NCBI GenBank assembly: GCA_963716745.1
Contig: OY970320.1
Coordinates: 2,080,001-2,144,000 of the forward strand
Reading direction: 5' to 3'
DNA: 64,000 nucleotides
Origin: an uncultured Gemmatimonadaceae bacterium
GTDB lineage: Bacteria > Gemmatimonadota > Gemmatimonadetes > Gemmatimonadales > Gemmatimonadaceae
The position numbers and the translations under genes are program-made. Below, in pieces: positions 31,348 to 42,132 of the stretch. The stretch's first letter is position 1. The number at the start of each line of letters is the position of its first letter. The notes under the pieces are model-generated. The model was not told the origin of the DNA. It did not search any database and was given only the letters and a program-made list of their open reading frames with translations.

Positions 31348-31839
31348 TCAGCGCCGTTTCCGCGCGGGCGGGTCTTCGAACAGCAGCGACGCGGCGCCCG
31401 GCGCGAGCTTGAGCGTGCGCGCGAGCGACCGCAGCCCGCGTTCGAGCGCCCGCGTATCGACGTCGGAGAGCTCCTCGAGGGCGCGGATCACGCGCGCGGT
31501 GGTGGGCGCGGGCGCGTGGCGCAGCACGCGCCGGCCGGCCGCCGTGAGCGACACCGTGACGCTGCGGGCATCGGCGGCGGAACGGTGCTTGCGGGCGAGC
31601 CCGGCACGCGCCAGCCGCTGCACGACGATCGACGCGGTGCTCGCGCTCGTCCGCGCACTCTTGGCGAGCTCGTTCACGGAGAGCGGTCCGCGCGACCGGA
31701 GTTCCTGCAGCAGGAACAGCTGTGCGTTGGTGATGCCCGTGCGCGATTCCACCGTTCGCGCCGACCGTCGCAATTCTTCCACGATGGCGCGCAGCAGAGC
31801 GAGCGCCTGGGAGCGGGCGCGGGAAGGCGGGCGCTTCAC
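31348..31839 (-). CDS. MarR family transcriptional regulator
   Basis: GIT.AQL..L, ELA....S.ST.S..V.RL, D.R...V.LT..G. Confidence 0.85.
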   Translation of the reverse strand: MKRPPSRARSQALALLRAIVEELRRSARTVESRTGITNAQLFLLQELRSRGPLSVNELAKSARTSASTASIVVQRLARAGLARKHRSAADARSVTVSLTAAGRRVLRHAPAPTTARVIRALEELSDVDTRALERGLRSLARTLKLAPGAASLLFEDPPARKRR

Positions 31840-31862
31840 GCCGGGCGGACTGGGAACATTTG

Positions 31863-31876
31863 TGTTGACGTCAACA
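31863..31876. promoter_or_regulatory. Candidate MarR operator
   Basis: Perfect palindrome TGTTGACGTCAACA in an AT-rich divergent intergenic region. Confidence 0.55.
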
Positions 31877-31925
31877 TAATATACATTGGATTCGCCCGCC
31901 ACTCTCACGTCTTGGAGGTACGGCC

Positions 31926-32525
31926 ATGTTCCGCACGACGCTTCACCCGTTCTGGCGCATCACCGCGACGGCGGTGATCGCCGCCGCCGCGTCCGCCTGC
32001 GCGCATCACACTCCGCCCGAAGTCGCGGCCGCACCCGCGCCCGCCGCGAAGCACAGCACCGCCTGGGAGGATTCCGTGACGCTCGCGCGAATGCACGCCG
32101 ACGCCGCGGCCGCCGCGGACCGCCGCGCCGCCCTCGAGCGCCAGGCCGCCGCCGACCGCGCATCACTCGAACAGCTCACGTTCTTCCCCTTCAATGTCGC
32201 CGCGCTCAACGACTCCGATCGCGCCGTGCTCGACGCCAAGATCCCCGTGCTCCAGGCGAACCCCGGACTCGTCATCCGCATCGCCGGCAATTGTGACGAT
32301 CGTGGCTCCGAGGAATACAACGTTGCGCTCGGTGAGCGCCGCGCGGCCGCCGCGAAGCGCTATCTGGTGGACCGCGGCATCGACGCGGCGCGCATCCAGA
32401 TCATCAGCTACGGAATGGAGAAGCCCCTCGAACAAGGCGACAACGACAAAGCCTGGGCGATGAACCGCAACGACCAGTTCGTCGTCGTCGCCGGACAGAT
32501 CCAGGCGAACACCGCACACAACTAG
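31926..32525 (+). CDS. OmpA-C / Pal-like peptidoglycan-associated lipoprotein
   Basis: Lipobox ASAC; GNCDDRGSEEYN.ALGERRA; SYG.EKP. Confidence 0.85.
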   Translation: MFRTTLHPFWRITATAVIAAAASACAHHTPPEVAAAPAPAAKHSTAWEDSVTLARMHADAAAAADRRAALERQAAADRASLEQLTFFPFNVAALNDSDRAVLDAKIPVLQANPGLVIRIAGNCDDRGSEEYNVALGERRAAAAKRYLVDRGIDAARIQIISYGMEKPLEQGDNDKAWAMNRNDQFVVVAGQIQANTAHN

Positions 32526-32558
32526 CACGAGCGCGGACGGGCGCCGGCGCCACCCGCG

Positions 32559-33822
32559 CTACGGCGCCCCGTCCGCGGGAGGCTGCAGTTCCCGCAGTTC
32601 GCGCAGCTCGGGCCACCACCGCGCGACTCCCGCTACCACGAGCAGCGTAGCGATGCCTCCGCCCACTACGCTGATCACCGGCCCGAACAGCGCGGCGGCC
32701 GCGCCCGATTCGAAACCGCCCAGTTGGTTCGACGTGTCGATGAACAGACTGTTCACCGCGCTCACGCGGCCGCGCATCACATCGGGCGTGCGCACCTGCA
32801 CCAGTGTCTGGCGGATCACGACGCTCACCATGTCGAACGCGCCGGCGACGATCATCATCACGAGCGACAACGGATACCAGGTCGAGAACCCGAAGATGAT
32901 CGTCGTCACGCCGAAGCCCGCCACGGCCCAGAGCACGCTGCGCCCCGCGCGTCGCATCGGCCTCCCATGCGCCAGCACGAACGCGATCGCCACGGCGCCG
33001 AGCGCGGGCGCGGCGCGCAGCCATCCGAATCCCGTCGGGCCGACGTGCAGGATGTCCTTCGCGTAAATGGGCAGCAGCGTCATCGCGCCGCCGAAGAGCA
33101 CGGCCAGAAGATCGAGCGTGATCGCGCCGAAGATCACCGGGTCGTGGCGCACGAAGCGGAATCCGGCGAGCAGGGTCTTGGCCGACATCGCCGCGGCGGC
33201 GCGCGGCGCCGCGCGCCCCCGCAGCACCGCCAAACACACCATGAAGCACAGCATGAGCACGGCATCGCACAGGTACACGGGCCCCGCGCGGTGCGCGAGC
33301 GCGATCACCGCGCCGCCGAGCGCCGGACCGATCACGCTCGCCGCCTGCCACCCCGTGCTTCCCCACGTGACCGCGTTCGCGAAGTGCTCGCTCGGCACGA
33401 GCTGCGGCAGCATCGCGGCCGACGCCGGGCGATGGAACGCGAGCGCCACGCCCACCGCGAAGAGGCACACGAACATCAGCCACACCGGCGCCTGCGTGTA
33501 CGAGATCCATGCGAGCGCCAGCGAAGTGAGGATCAGCATCGCGAGCGACAGCATCACGACCTGGCGCCGGTCGAACCGGTCGGCAGCATGTCCCGCGGGC
33601 AGCACCAACAGGAAGATCGGCACCACCTGCACGAGTCCGACCATGCCGAGCGCGAACGCCGAGCCTGTGCGCTCGTACAGTTCCCAGCCGATCGCGACAT
33701 TGAGCATTCTGCGCGCCGATCACGCTCAGGAACCGCCCGCCCAGGAAGAACCGGTAGTCGCGCGATGCGAGCGCGGCGTACGGCCGCGACGCCGCCTCCC
33801 GCTCTTCAGTGGCTCGCGGCAC
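32559..33822 (-). CDS. MFS transporter (EntS/MFS_3-like); 5' frameshift
   Basis: GHAADRFDRR; LDLLAVLFGG; MRGRVSAV. Confidence 0.85.
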
Positions 33823-35495
33823 GATACACTGGGCGACCGTCGAAGAGCGTGAGGATGACGCGCGCCTTATGCACTTCGGTGGCCGCGATCGTGTCGAGAT
33901 CGTGGTCGAGCACGATCAGGTCCGCGGCCTTGCCCACGGTGATGGAGCCCGTGGTCCGTTCCTGGAAATTCGCGCGCGCGCCCTGAATGGTGTACGCCTC
34001 GAGCATGACGTCGAGCGTCACGGTCTCATTCGGCAGCCACGGATCTCCTGGCGGCCCGTCGGGGTCGCGCCGGGTCACGCCCACCTGGATCGCTTGCAAC
34101 GGATCCATGGAGCTGACGTTCCAATCGCTGCCGCCCACGATCGTGCCGCCCGCGCGCCGCACCTCTCCCATCGGATACAGTCGCGCCGAACGCTCGGGAC
34201 CGAGCACCGGCTCAGTGAGATCGCGGATGTAACTGTCGCGATAGGCCCACAACGCCTGGAAATTCGCGAGCACACCGAGCTGTGCGAATCGCGGAATGTC
34301 CTTCGCATCGATCATCTCGAGAATGCGCGATCTGATGCCGCGAGTCGCGGGGGCCGTTCGCGGCGCGCGCCGCGGCGAACGCGTCCAGCGCTTCACGCAC
34401 CGCACGATCGCCGATCGCGTGCACGTGCACATGGAAGCCCGCGCGGTCGAGCGCGATCACGATGGAGTCCATCGTGGCCGGCGCGATCTCGGTGGGCCCG
34501 AGGCTCTTGGTACCCACGTACGGCTCCAGCAGGGCCGCGGTGCCCGATTCGATCACGCCATCGGCGAAGATCTTGGCGCTGATCGGCCGCACGTGCGCCG
34601 ATAGATATCGCGCGCGCCATTTCTCCATGTGCTTCACCTGCGCCACGCCGCCCGCGGGGTCCACGAGGATCGCGGCCACCACGCGCACGGTGAGCGCGTG
34701 CTCGCGCTCGAGCGCCGCGTACGTCATGAGGTCCGACGAGTCGACGCTCGCGTCCTGCATGGACGTAATGCCCAGCGAATTCGCGAGCGTCATCGCGGCG
34801 AGCAGCCCGCGCCGGTACTCCGCCGGCGTGCGCGCCGGCAGATGCGCGCTCACGAGCGACACGGCCGCCTCGCGCAACGTGCCGCTCGGCGCGCCCGCCG
34901 CATCACGCTCAATGCGGCCGCGTGGCGGATCGAGCGTCGCGGTCGTGATGCCGGCGATCGCCAGCGCGCGCGAATTGACCCACGCGGAATGCCCGTCGGC
35001 CGCGCGCAGGAACACAGGCCGGCCCGGTACGAGGGAATCGAGCAGCTGACGCGAAGGATTCGCCGCGGTGAAGATCGGCAGCGCCCAGCCACGCCCCCGA
35101 AGCCACCCGTTGCCGGGATGCTCCTTCGCGCACTTCCGGATGCGGGCCTCCAGCATTGCGCGCGTGCTGTCGTCATCGAGCACGCAATCCGCGAGCGCCA
35201 TCCCGCCGCTGATCGGGTGCAGATGGCTGTCCTGGAAGCCAGGCAACAGCGTCTTGCCTGTGAGTTCTACGACGGTCGTGCGCGGCCCGATGAAAGGTGC
35301 GGTGCCGGAATCGTCGCCCACGTAGACGATCTTCGTGCCGGCCACTGCCGCGGCGGTGGCATGTGGGTGCGAGGAATCCGCGGTGTACACCGTGCCACCG
35401 CGGAACACGAAGTCGGCTTCGACCTGCTGCGCGCGCACACACACGGGCGCCGCCGCGAGGCACGCCAACAGGACACGCCGCCATGCGAACGTCAT
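33806..35495 (-). CDS. YtcJ-like amidohydrolase 3; frameshift near 34330
   Basis: PGFQDSHLH, DGHSAWVNS, KIFADG, HAIGDRA, GSDW, GK.AD. Confidence 0.88.
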
Positions 35496-36019
35496 GGCTC
35501 CCACTCCTTGAGCAATTGATCCACTTGGCTGTCGTAGGAGTACGCGGCCGCCGTGAGCAGCGCGCCTCCGATGAGCATGGCGAAATCCACCGCCGTGAAG
35601 GTGCCGTTCCGCGGCGCGTGCGGCGCGACTTTCTCGTTCACTCGCGCCATCGTGATCTGCACCGGCAGCACCGGCAGCAACAGCGCGACGCCGGTGAACC
35701 ACGCGGGAAGGCCCACGAACAGCGCGATGTGCGCGATGAGGTACACGGCGGCCACGCCGACCGCGCTCCACCCGCGCCAAACGCCGCACTCCGCCGCGCT
35801 CTCCCGCGCGCGCTCGAACAAACGATACGACGCCAACGGCGCGAACAGCACGCGCCACGTGGGACTCACGGCTTCGCCGCGCAGATCGTGCAGCCGGCGC
35901 CAATTCGCCCAGAGCCAGTAGTACTGATACATGCCCAGCGTGCCGACGTTCATCACCACGAACTTCGTGGTCGTCACGGGCCACCAGGGTGCCGGCGCGT
36001 CGGGCGCCTCGCCCGTCAC
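35492..36019 (-). CDS. Hypothetical membrane protein
   Basis: TLGMY..YW motif; 3-4 TM; coupled to neighbours. Confidence 0.6.
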   Translation of the reverse strand: MTGEAPDAPAPWWPVTTTKFVVMNVGTLGMYQYYWLWANWRRLHDLRGEAVSPTWRVLFAPLASYRLFERARESAAECGVWRGWSAVGVAAVYLIAHIALFVGLPAWFTGVALLLPVLPVQITMARVNEKVAPHAPRNGTFTAVDFAMLIGGALLTAAAYSYDSQVDQLLKEWEP

Positions 36020-36020
36020 G

Positions 36021-38036
36021 CTAGCCGAGCTTCTCGAGTTCGTCGCCGAGCTCGGCGGCGGTGGCCGGGCGTTCGTTGCGGTCGCGCGCGATGGTGCGCA
36101 CGATCAGCGCCGAGAGTGCGGCCGGCACTTCCGGGTTCACCTCGATCGGCGGGCGCGGCGGCTCGGAAAGCATCTTGCCGATGAGCACCGTGGCCGAGTC
36201 CGCGACCCATGGGCGTGCGCCGGTGAGACACTCGTAGAGCACGATGCCCGCCGAGTAGATGTCGGCGCGCGCATCGATCTCGTCGCCGAGCAGCTGCTCG
36301 GGCGCCATGTACTCCGGCGTGCCCACCACCATGCCGGTGCGAGTCATTCCCTGTTTGCGTTCGGTGAGACGCGCGATGCCGAAGTCCATCACCTTCAGCA
36401 CGCCGTCGGGCTGCACCACGAGGTTCTGCGGCTTGATATCGCGATGGATCACGCCTTCTTCGTGGGCGACCTGCAGCGCGCGCGCGAGCTGCTTGCCGAT
36501 GGTGATCGTCGCGGCTGGTGGGATCCGCCCTTTCTTCTGAAGGAGATCGGAGAGTGACGTGCCGGCGACGTACTCCATGGTGATATAGTGCGTGCCGTCC
36601 GCCTCGCCGATGTCGTGCGTGCGCACGACGTTCCGGTGCGAGATCTTGCGCGCGAGGCGGATCTCGCTGCGGAAGCGCTCGAGTGCCGTGGCATCGTTGC
36701 TCAGGAAATCCGCTCGCAGCGTCTTGATCGCGATCGGCTCTCCTAGCTGCGTGTCGGTGGCCTTGTACACGGTGCCCATGCCGCCCTGTCCGAGCGTGCT
36801 GACGATCTGATAGCGCCCGGCGAACAGCGCGCCCTGCGTAATGGCCTTGCTCGTCGCGACCGTCGCCGCGTTCGCGAGCGCCTCGGCCTTCTCGCGCGAG
36901 ACCGCGGTTCGCTCGCCGCTCGTCTTGAGGGTCTGCACCAGCGCCTGCTGGTCGCGCAACTCGGAGAGCAGGGCGGTGAACGCGCCGGCGAGCTCGCCGA
37001 TCTCGTCCCGCGATTTGATCGCGGGCGGCGCACTGTAGTCCCCCTGCGCCGCGCGCCGCGCCGCGGCCACGAGCGTGCCGAGCGGACGCGTGATTCCGCG
37101 CGCGAGCAGGATCGAGCAGATGATCGCGAGCAGGATGCCGATGCCCGCCGCCAGCAACAGTCCATTCCGCACTCCCGTGAGCGCCGCTGACTGTTTCGCA
37201 CGGACCCGCAGCGCGGTGAACCCACCGAGCGCGCGTCCGCTCGCCGACAGGAGCGAGTCGTCGCGCGCTAGATACTGCGTGCCGCTGATGGACACGATCC
37301 GTTGATCGTAGGCCGTGTCCGTCGGGAGCCGCGTTTTGATGTGCAGCGCGATGGGCGCGCTGAGTTCGTTGCCGCGTTCCATCGTCGTCGCGGCGACACG
37401 CGCGTTCTTCGCGGAATCGAAGGTGAAGAACACGATCTCGCTGGTGGTGACCGATTTCACCGCGTAGGCGAGCGAGTCGGTCACGTTCTTCGCGGCCATG
37501 AGCGCGCCGATGATCTTGCCGGGTGGCACGATGATCGGCACGGCGACCGCCTGGAACAGGATCGTATCCTGCGAGATGCCGTAGGCGGTCATGTTCTGCC
37601 CTTCCAGCGCGCCCGCGATGAGGGGCGACTGCGCGAGCGATACCATCGGCGCGGCTGGCATGTCGCTGCGCGCCAGGCGCACGCCCGCGCTGTCGGTGAT
37701 CTGCACCCACGTCGCACCCGAGCGGTCCGCGGCCTCACGCGCCTGGTCCGTGAGCGTGCCGGGTTTGGCGTGCAGAACGAGATCGCGGAACACCGGGCTC
37801 TGCACGAAGGTCGTCGCGCCGCGCAGCAGCGTTTGCTGCTGGCCGCTGAGCAGCGTACTCGCCGTGCGCGCGCCCTGCGCCACCGACTGGTCGACCGCCG
37901 CCCGCGCCGCGTTCTCGGCCGAACGATAGCTCAATCGCGTGGACACGCCCATCGCCACGATCACGGCCGCGGCGGTGCCGAGGAATATCTTCCACGCGAT
38001 CGGGAAACTCGCGCGCTGCGTATTCTTGTCGGCCAT
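36021..38036 (-). CDS. Membrane Ser/Thr protein kinase with extracytoplasmic Cache-like and HAMP domains
   Basis: GQGGMG, AIK, HRDIKPQN, DFG, YMAPE; DEIGELA HAMP. Confidence 0.9.
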   Translation of the reverse strand: MADKNTQRASFPIAWKIFLGTAAAVIVAMGVSTRLSYRSAENAARAAVDQSVAQGARTASTLLSGQQQTLLRGATTFVQSPVFRDLVLHAKPGTLTDQAREAADRSGATWVQITDSAGVRLARSDMPAAPMVSLAQSPLIAGALEGQNMTAYGISQDTILFQAVAVPIIVPPGKIIGALMAAKNVTDSLAYAVKSVTTSEIVFFTFDSAKNARVAATTMERGNELSAPIALHIKTRLPTDTAYDQRIVSISGTQYLARDDSLLSASGRALGGFTALRVRAKQSAALTGVRNGLLLAAGIGILLAIICSILLARGITRPLGTLVAAARRAAQGDYSAPPAIKSRDEIGELAGAFTALLSELRDQQALVQTLKTSGERTAVSREKAEALANAATVATSKAITQGALFAGRYQIVSTLGQGGMGTVYKATDTQLGEPIAIKTLRADFLSNDATALERFRSEIRLARKISHRNVVRTHDIGEADGTHYITMEYVAGTSLSDLLQKKGRIPPAATITIGKQLARALQVAHEEGVIHRDIKPQNLVVQPDGVLKVMDFGIARLTERKQGMTRTGMVVGTPEYMAPEQLLGDEIDARADIYSAGIVLYECLTGARPWVADSATVLIGKMLSEPPRPPIEVNPEVPAALSALIVRTIARDRNERPATAAELGDELEKLG

Positions 38037-38038
38037 CG

Positions 38039-38722
38039 TTAGTACTTATCCCCTTGGGCTTCGTAGTCCAGCCCCTGCTTGTTCTTGTGCGCCTCGAGCC
38101 GGAAGCCGCGCGCATCGAGTTGGACGTTCTCTCCCGAAAGCCCGGCCGCCGGCACGGTCACCTGCCGGAGCAGCTCGCCGCCGCGCTCGTGCCAGATATG
38201 CAGCGTATACGCACCCGCGGGTACCCCCGCGATCGTGAACGAGCCATCCGATCCAGCCTGCGTATACCATGGCGTCGCCAACACGACGATGACGGCCGAC
38301 ATCTGCTCATGGATGTTGCAATACACGGGATAGACGCCGGGCTTCTTGAGCACCTGCTGGATGGTGCTGCCGCGGTCCGAGAGCCCATAGTCGAACGTGC
38401 CGGCTGCCGTATTGGAGAACGCGTTGTGCTGGAAGGGATCCTGGTTCTGGAACTGGACGGTGCTGCCCTCGGTCACGATGGTGATATGCGGCACGAACTC
38501 GCGCGCGTGCATCGTAATCAGTGCATGCGACGGATGACTCGGTGCGGGCTTGCCGGGCGCGAGCTCCAGATAGACCACAGTGTTCGCGAGGTCGGTCGTG
38601 TTCTTCCCCTTCTTCTCGAGGATCGCGACCTGCCCGCTCACCGCGCCCTGCGCCGGAAGTGCGCCGCGCGCGAACGCGATCGCGCACACCACCGATACCG
38701 CTCGAATTGGGAGGACTGTCAT
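38039..38722 (-). CDS. Secreted cupredoxin-like protein with carboxypeptidase-regulatory-like domain
   Basis: HNAFS...YCNIHEQM; signal peptide. Confidence 0.75.
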   Translation of the reverse strand: MTVLPIRAVSVVCAIAFARGALPAQGAVSGQVAILEKKGKNTTDLANTVVYLELAPGKPAPSHPSHALITMHAREFVPHITIVTEGSTVQFQNQDPFQHNAFSNTAAGTFDYGLSDRGSTIQQVLKKPGVYPVYCNIHEQMSAVIVVLATPWYTQAGSDGSFTIAGVPAGAYTLHIWHERGGELLRQVTVPAAGLSGENVQLDARGFRLEAHKNKQGLDYEAQGDKY

Positions 38723-38819
38723 GACTCTAAGACTCCGCGCTGCCGGAGGATGTCACCACCGACATTCCGAGTGACGAATGTGCCGTCCGGCGCGCGACGC
38801 CGTCAAGCGGACTTCGCGG

Positions 38820-38978
38820 GGCGCGCGTGGCCACTCGTACCGCTGAAACGGCGCGTATAGCAACCGAGCGTATGGTACTGCAGGGCGAACGTGGGCGCCG
38901 CCCCCGCTCACGCCGAGCCGTACCATACGCTCAGTTGCCAAACGCGCTGTTTCAGCGGTACGAAGGCCTACACGCGCC
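38820..38978. repeat. ~150-bp palindromic element, copy 3
   Basis: Homologous to 8179 and 18160. Confidence 0.85.
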
Positions 38979-39176
38979 GTTGGCGCACTGTTGAACTAAT
39001 CGCGCCTGCAATTACATTGATTCACAACTGAACCCCGCGGCGATTTGTTGCGATTGCGGCCGCGTTAGAAATCCTGCTAAACCGCTCGCGTGCAGAATGC
39101 ATCTCAGCCCGGGGGCGGTGGTCGCCTGCCGGGCTTCATCACATCCGGCGGGCACTACACTGGAGCCCGTTCCGCC

Positions 39177-40367
39177 ATGACGCATTCCGCCGGCGACTCG
39201 TACGTCTTCTCGAGCGAGTCCGTATCCGAAGGGCACCCCGACAAACTCGCCGACCGCATCAGCGACCGGGTGCTCGATCACTTCCTCTCGCTCGATCCGA
39301 AATCGCGCGTGGCATGCGAGACGCTCGTCACGAAGAACTACGTCTGCATCGCCGGCGAATGGCGCTCCAAAGTGAGCGTGCCCAACGCCGACATCGAACG
39401 CCTCGCGCGCGAGGTGATCCTCGAGACGGGATACGACGGATTCGACGAGCGGTTCGGCCATAAGACCGCGGTGATCGACATCCGCCTCCAGCCGCAAGCG
39501 TTCGAGATCGCGCACGCCGTGGATGAGAAGGCGAGCGCCGAGTTGCAGGGCGCGGGCGATCAGGGTCTCATGTTCGGCTTCGCCTGCGACGACACGCCGT
39601 CGCTCATGCCGGCGCCCATCATGTACGCGCACGCGATCGTCCACGAACTCGCGCGCGCGCGCAAGGCGAAAGAGATCGCGTGGCTGCGCCCCGACGCGAA
39701 ATCGCAGGTGTCGATCCGCTACGAGGGCACGCGCCCGGCCGAAGTCACGCGCGCGGTGGTCTCCACGCAGCACGATCCGTCGGCGACGCAGAAGATGATC
39801 CGCGAGTACGTGATCGAGCAACTGCTGCCGAAAGTGATCCCAGCGGCGCTGCTCACGAAGGGATGGAAGGATCGCGTGCTCGCGAATCCGTCGGACGCGT
39901 TCACCGAAGGCGGCCCAGCCACCGACACCGGGCTCACGGGCCGCAAGATCATCGTCGACAGCTACGGCGGCTTCGCGCGTCATGGCGGCGGCGCGTTCAG
40001 CGGCAAGGATCCCTCCAAAGTGGACCGCTCGGCGGCGTACGCCGCGCGCTGGGTCGCGAAGAACATCGTGGCGGCCGGACTCGCCACCAAATGCGAAGTG
40101 CAGGTTGCGTACGCGATCGGCGTGCGCGAGCCTGTCTCGATCATGGTGGACAGCTTCGGCACCTCAAAGCTGTCGCGCGCGGAACTCGATGCGCGCGTCG
40201 CGGCGGCATTCGACCTCACGCCGTTCGGGATCATCCGCGATCTGCAGCTCGAGCGGCCCATTTATTACTCCACCGCGGCGTATGGGCACTTCGGTCGCGA
40301 GCCGGGGGAAGTGAAGGGTGGGTTCTCGTGGGAGAGTCCGTCGCGGGTGAAGGCGCTGAAGGGCTGA
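39177..40367 (+). CDS. metK: S-adenosylmethionine synthetase
   Basis: SESVSEGHPDK, GAGDQG, GGGAFSGKD. Confidence 0.97.
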   Translation: MTHSAGDSYVFSSESVSEGHPDKLADRISDRVLDHFLSLDPKSRVACETLVTKNYVCIAGEWRSKVSVPNADIERLAREVILETGYDGFDERFGHKTAVIDIRLQPQAFEIAHAVDEKASAELQGAGDQGLMFGFACDDTPSLMPAPIMYAHAIVHELARARKAKEIAWLRPDAKSQVSIRYEGTRPAEVTRAVVSTQHDPSATQKMIREYVIEQLLPKVIPAALLTKGWKDRVLANPSDAFTEGGPATDTGLTGRKIIVDSYGGFARHGGGAFSGKDPSKVDRSAAYAARWVAKNIVAAGLATKCEVQVAYAIGVREPVSIMVDSFGTSKLSRAELDARVAAAFDLTPFGIIRDLQLERPIYYSTAAYGHFGREPGEVKGGFSWESPSRVKALKG

Positions 40368-40415
40368 ACGGCGGGCGTGTACTGCGACTACGCGAGCCAC
40401 CAGTGTGCTTTCCGT

Positions 40416-40596
40416 TGCAGAAAACAGGAAACAGTCACGAGTGACTGCCAGTCGACAGTCACCAGTCAACAGTTCACAGAAAACGGATCACGAATGGGCG
40501 GGCGATCTCTCGCTCGCGCACGATCCGTTCTCTGTGACCTGTGAGCTGTTGACTGTCGACTGGCAGTCACTCGTGACTGTTTGCTGTTGACTGCAG
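40416..40596. repeat. ~180-bp palindrome built of ACAGTCA-type heptamers
   Basis: AAACAGTCACGAGTGACTGCCAGTCGACAGTCA ... TGACTGTCGACTGGCAGTCACTCGTGACTGTTT. Confidence 0.85.
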
Positions 40597-40694
40597 CCTT
40601 ACGCGACCTGGTGCTGTCTCCGCGGTCCCGGTCTGCCCCCGCGACGCCAGCCCCTTCTTGTCAGCGGGAGTCGTGCGCGCTAGCGTAGGTCCCA

Positions 40695-41802
40695 ATGGTG
40701 ACCATCGCAGTGCCGTCGGAGACGACGGCCGACGAGGCGCGCGTTGCGCTCGTGCCCGAGAGCGTGGCCAAGCTCGTGAAGGCCGGCGCGCGGGTCATCG
40801 TGCAGCGCGGCGCCGGCGACCGCGCGGGGTTCCCCGATGATGCCTATGTGAAGGCGGGCGCCACGCTCGCCGCCGATGCGGCGGCCGCGTTCGCCGATGC
40901 CGCCGTCGTCGTGCACGTGCGCCGCCCCACAGCACAGGAGGCGGCGCTTCTGCGTGAGGGCACGGTGCTCATCGCGCTGCTGCAGCCATCCGCGAGCGCC
41001 GACCTCTTCGCCGCGCTCGCCGCGCGCAAAGTGAGCGCGCTCGCCCTCGAGCGCGTGCCGCGCATCACGCGCGCGCAGTCGATGGACGTCCTCTCGTCGC
41101 AGAGCACGGCGAGCGGATACAAGGCGGTGCTCATCGGCGCCGCCGCGCTCGGGAAATTCCTGCCGATGCTCACTACCGCCGCCGGCTCGATCCGCCCCGC
41201 CCAAGTATTCATCATCGGCGCCGGCGTCGCCGGACTCCAGGCGATCGCCACCGCGCGACGCCTCGGCGGCGTCGTCTCCGCGTTCGACGTGCGCGCCGCC
41301 GCCGCCGAGCAAGTGAAAAGCCTCGGCGCCACATTCGTCGCGACCGATCTCGTCTCCGCGAGCGCGGAGGACAAGGGCGGCTACGCGAAGGCGCAGGCCG
41401 AGGACGAGCGCGCACGCACGCTCGACGCGATCGGCAAGCACATCGTGTCGCAGGATCTCGTGGTGACGACCGCGCTCATTCCCGGCAAGCCGGCACCGGT
41501 GCTGATCACCGCCGCCATGGTGAAGGGCGATGCGGCCCGGCGCGGTGATCGTGGACCTCGCCGCGGAAGCCGGCGGCAATTGCGAGCTCACCAAGCCCGG
41601 CGAGACCGTCGTCGTGAACGGCGTCACGATCATCGGCGCGATGAACCTCGCGGCCACGGTGCCGCTGCACGCCAGCGAGATGCTGAGCCGCAATGTGCTC
41701 ACGCTGCTTCAGCACTTGATGAAGGAAGGCGCGATCGCGATCGATCCCGCCGAGGAGATCACGAAGGCGATGCTCGTCACGCACGACGGAGCGATCCTGT
41801 GA
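40695..41802 (+). CDS. pntA: NAD(P) transhydrogenase alpha subunit part 1; frameshift near 41525
   Basis: RITRAQSMDVLSSQ, GAGVAGLQA, GGYAK. Confidence 0.92.
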
Positions 41803-42131
41803 GCCTCACACTTTTGCAGCTCTACGTATTCGTCCTCGCCGCCTTCGTCGGCTTCCTGGTGATCACGCGCGTGCCGCCGCTGCTGCATACGCCGCTCATG
41901 AGCGCGACGAACGCCATCAGCGCGATCAGTCTCGTCGGCTCCCTTGTCGCGGCGGGATCCAACAAGGGCACCGTGTCCACCGTGCTCGGCTTCATTGCGG
42001 TCGCGGCCGCGATGACCAACGTCGTCGGCGGATTCATCATCACCGACCGCATGCTGAAGATGTTCAAGCGCGAGCCAGCGCCCGGGAAATCGACCGCGAG
42101 TCCCGAGTCCCAAGTCCCGAGTAGTAAGTAG
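41799..42131 (+). CDS. pntA: NAD(P) transhydrogenase alpha subunit part 2
   Basis: VPPLLHTPLMSATNAIS; TDRMLKMF. Confidence 0.9.
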   Translation: MSLTLLQLYVFVLAAFVGFLVITRVPPLLHTPLMSATNAISAISLVGSLVAAGSNKGTVSTVLGFIAVAAAMTNVVGGFIITDRMLKMFKREPAPGKSTASPESQVPSSK

Positions 42132-42132
42132 C

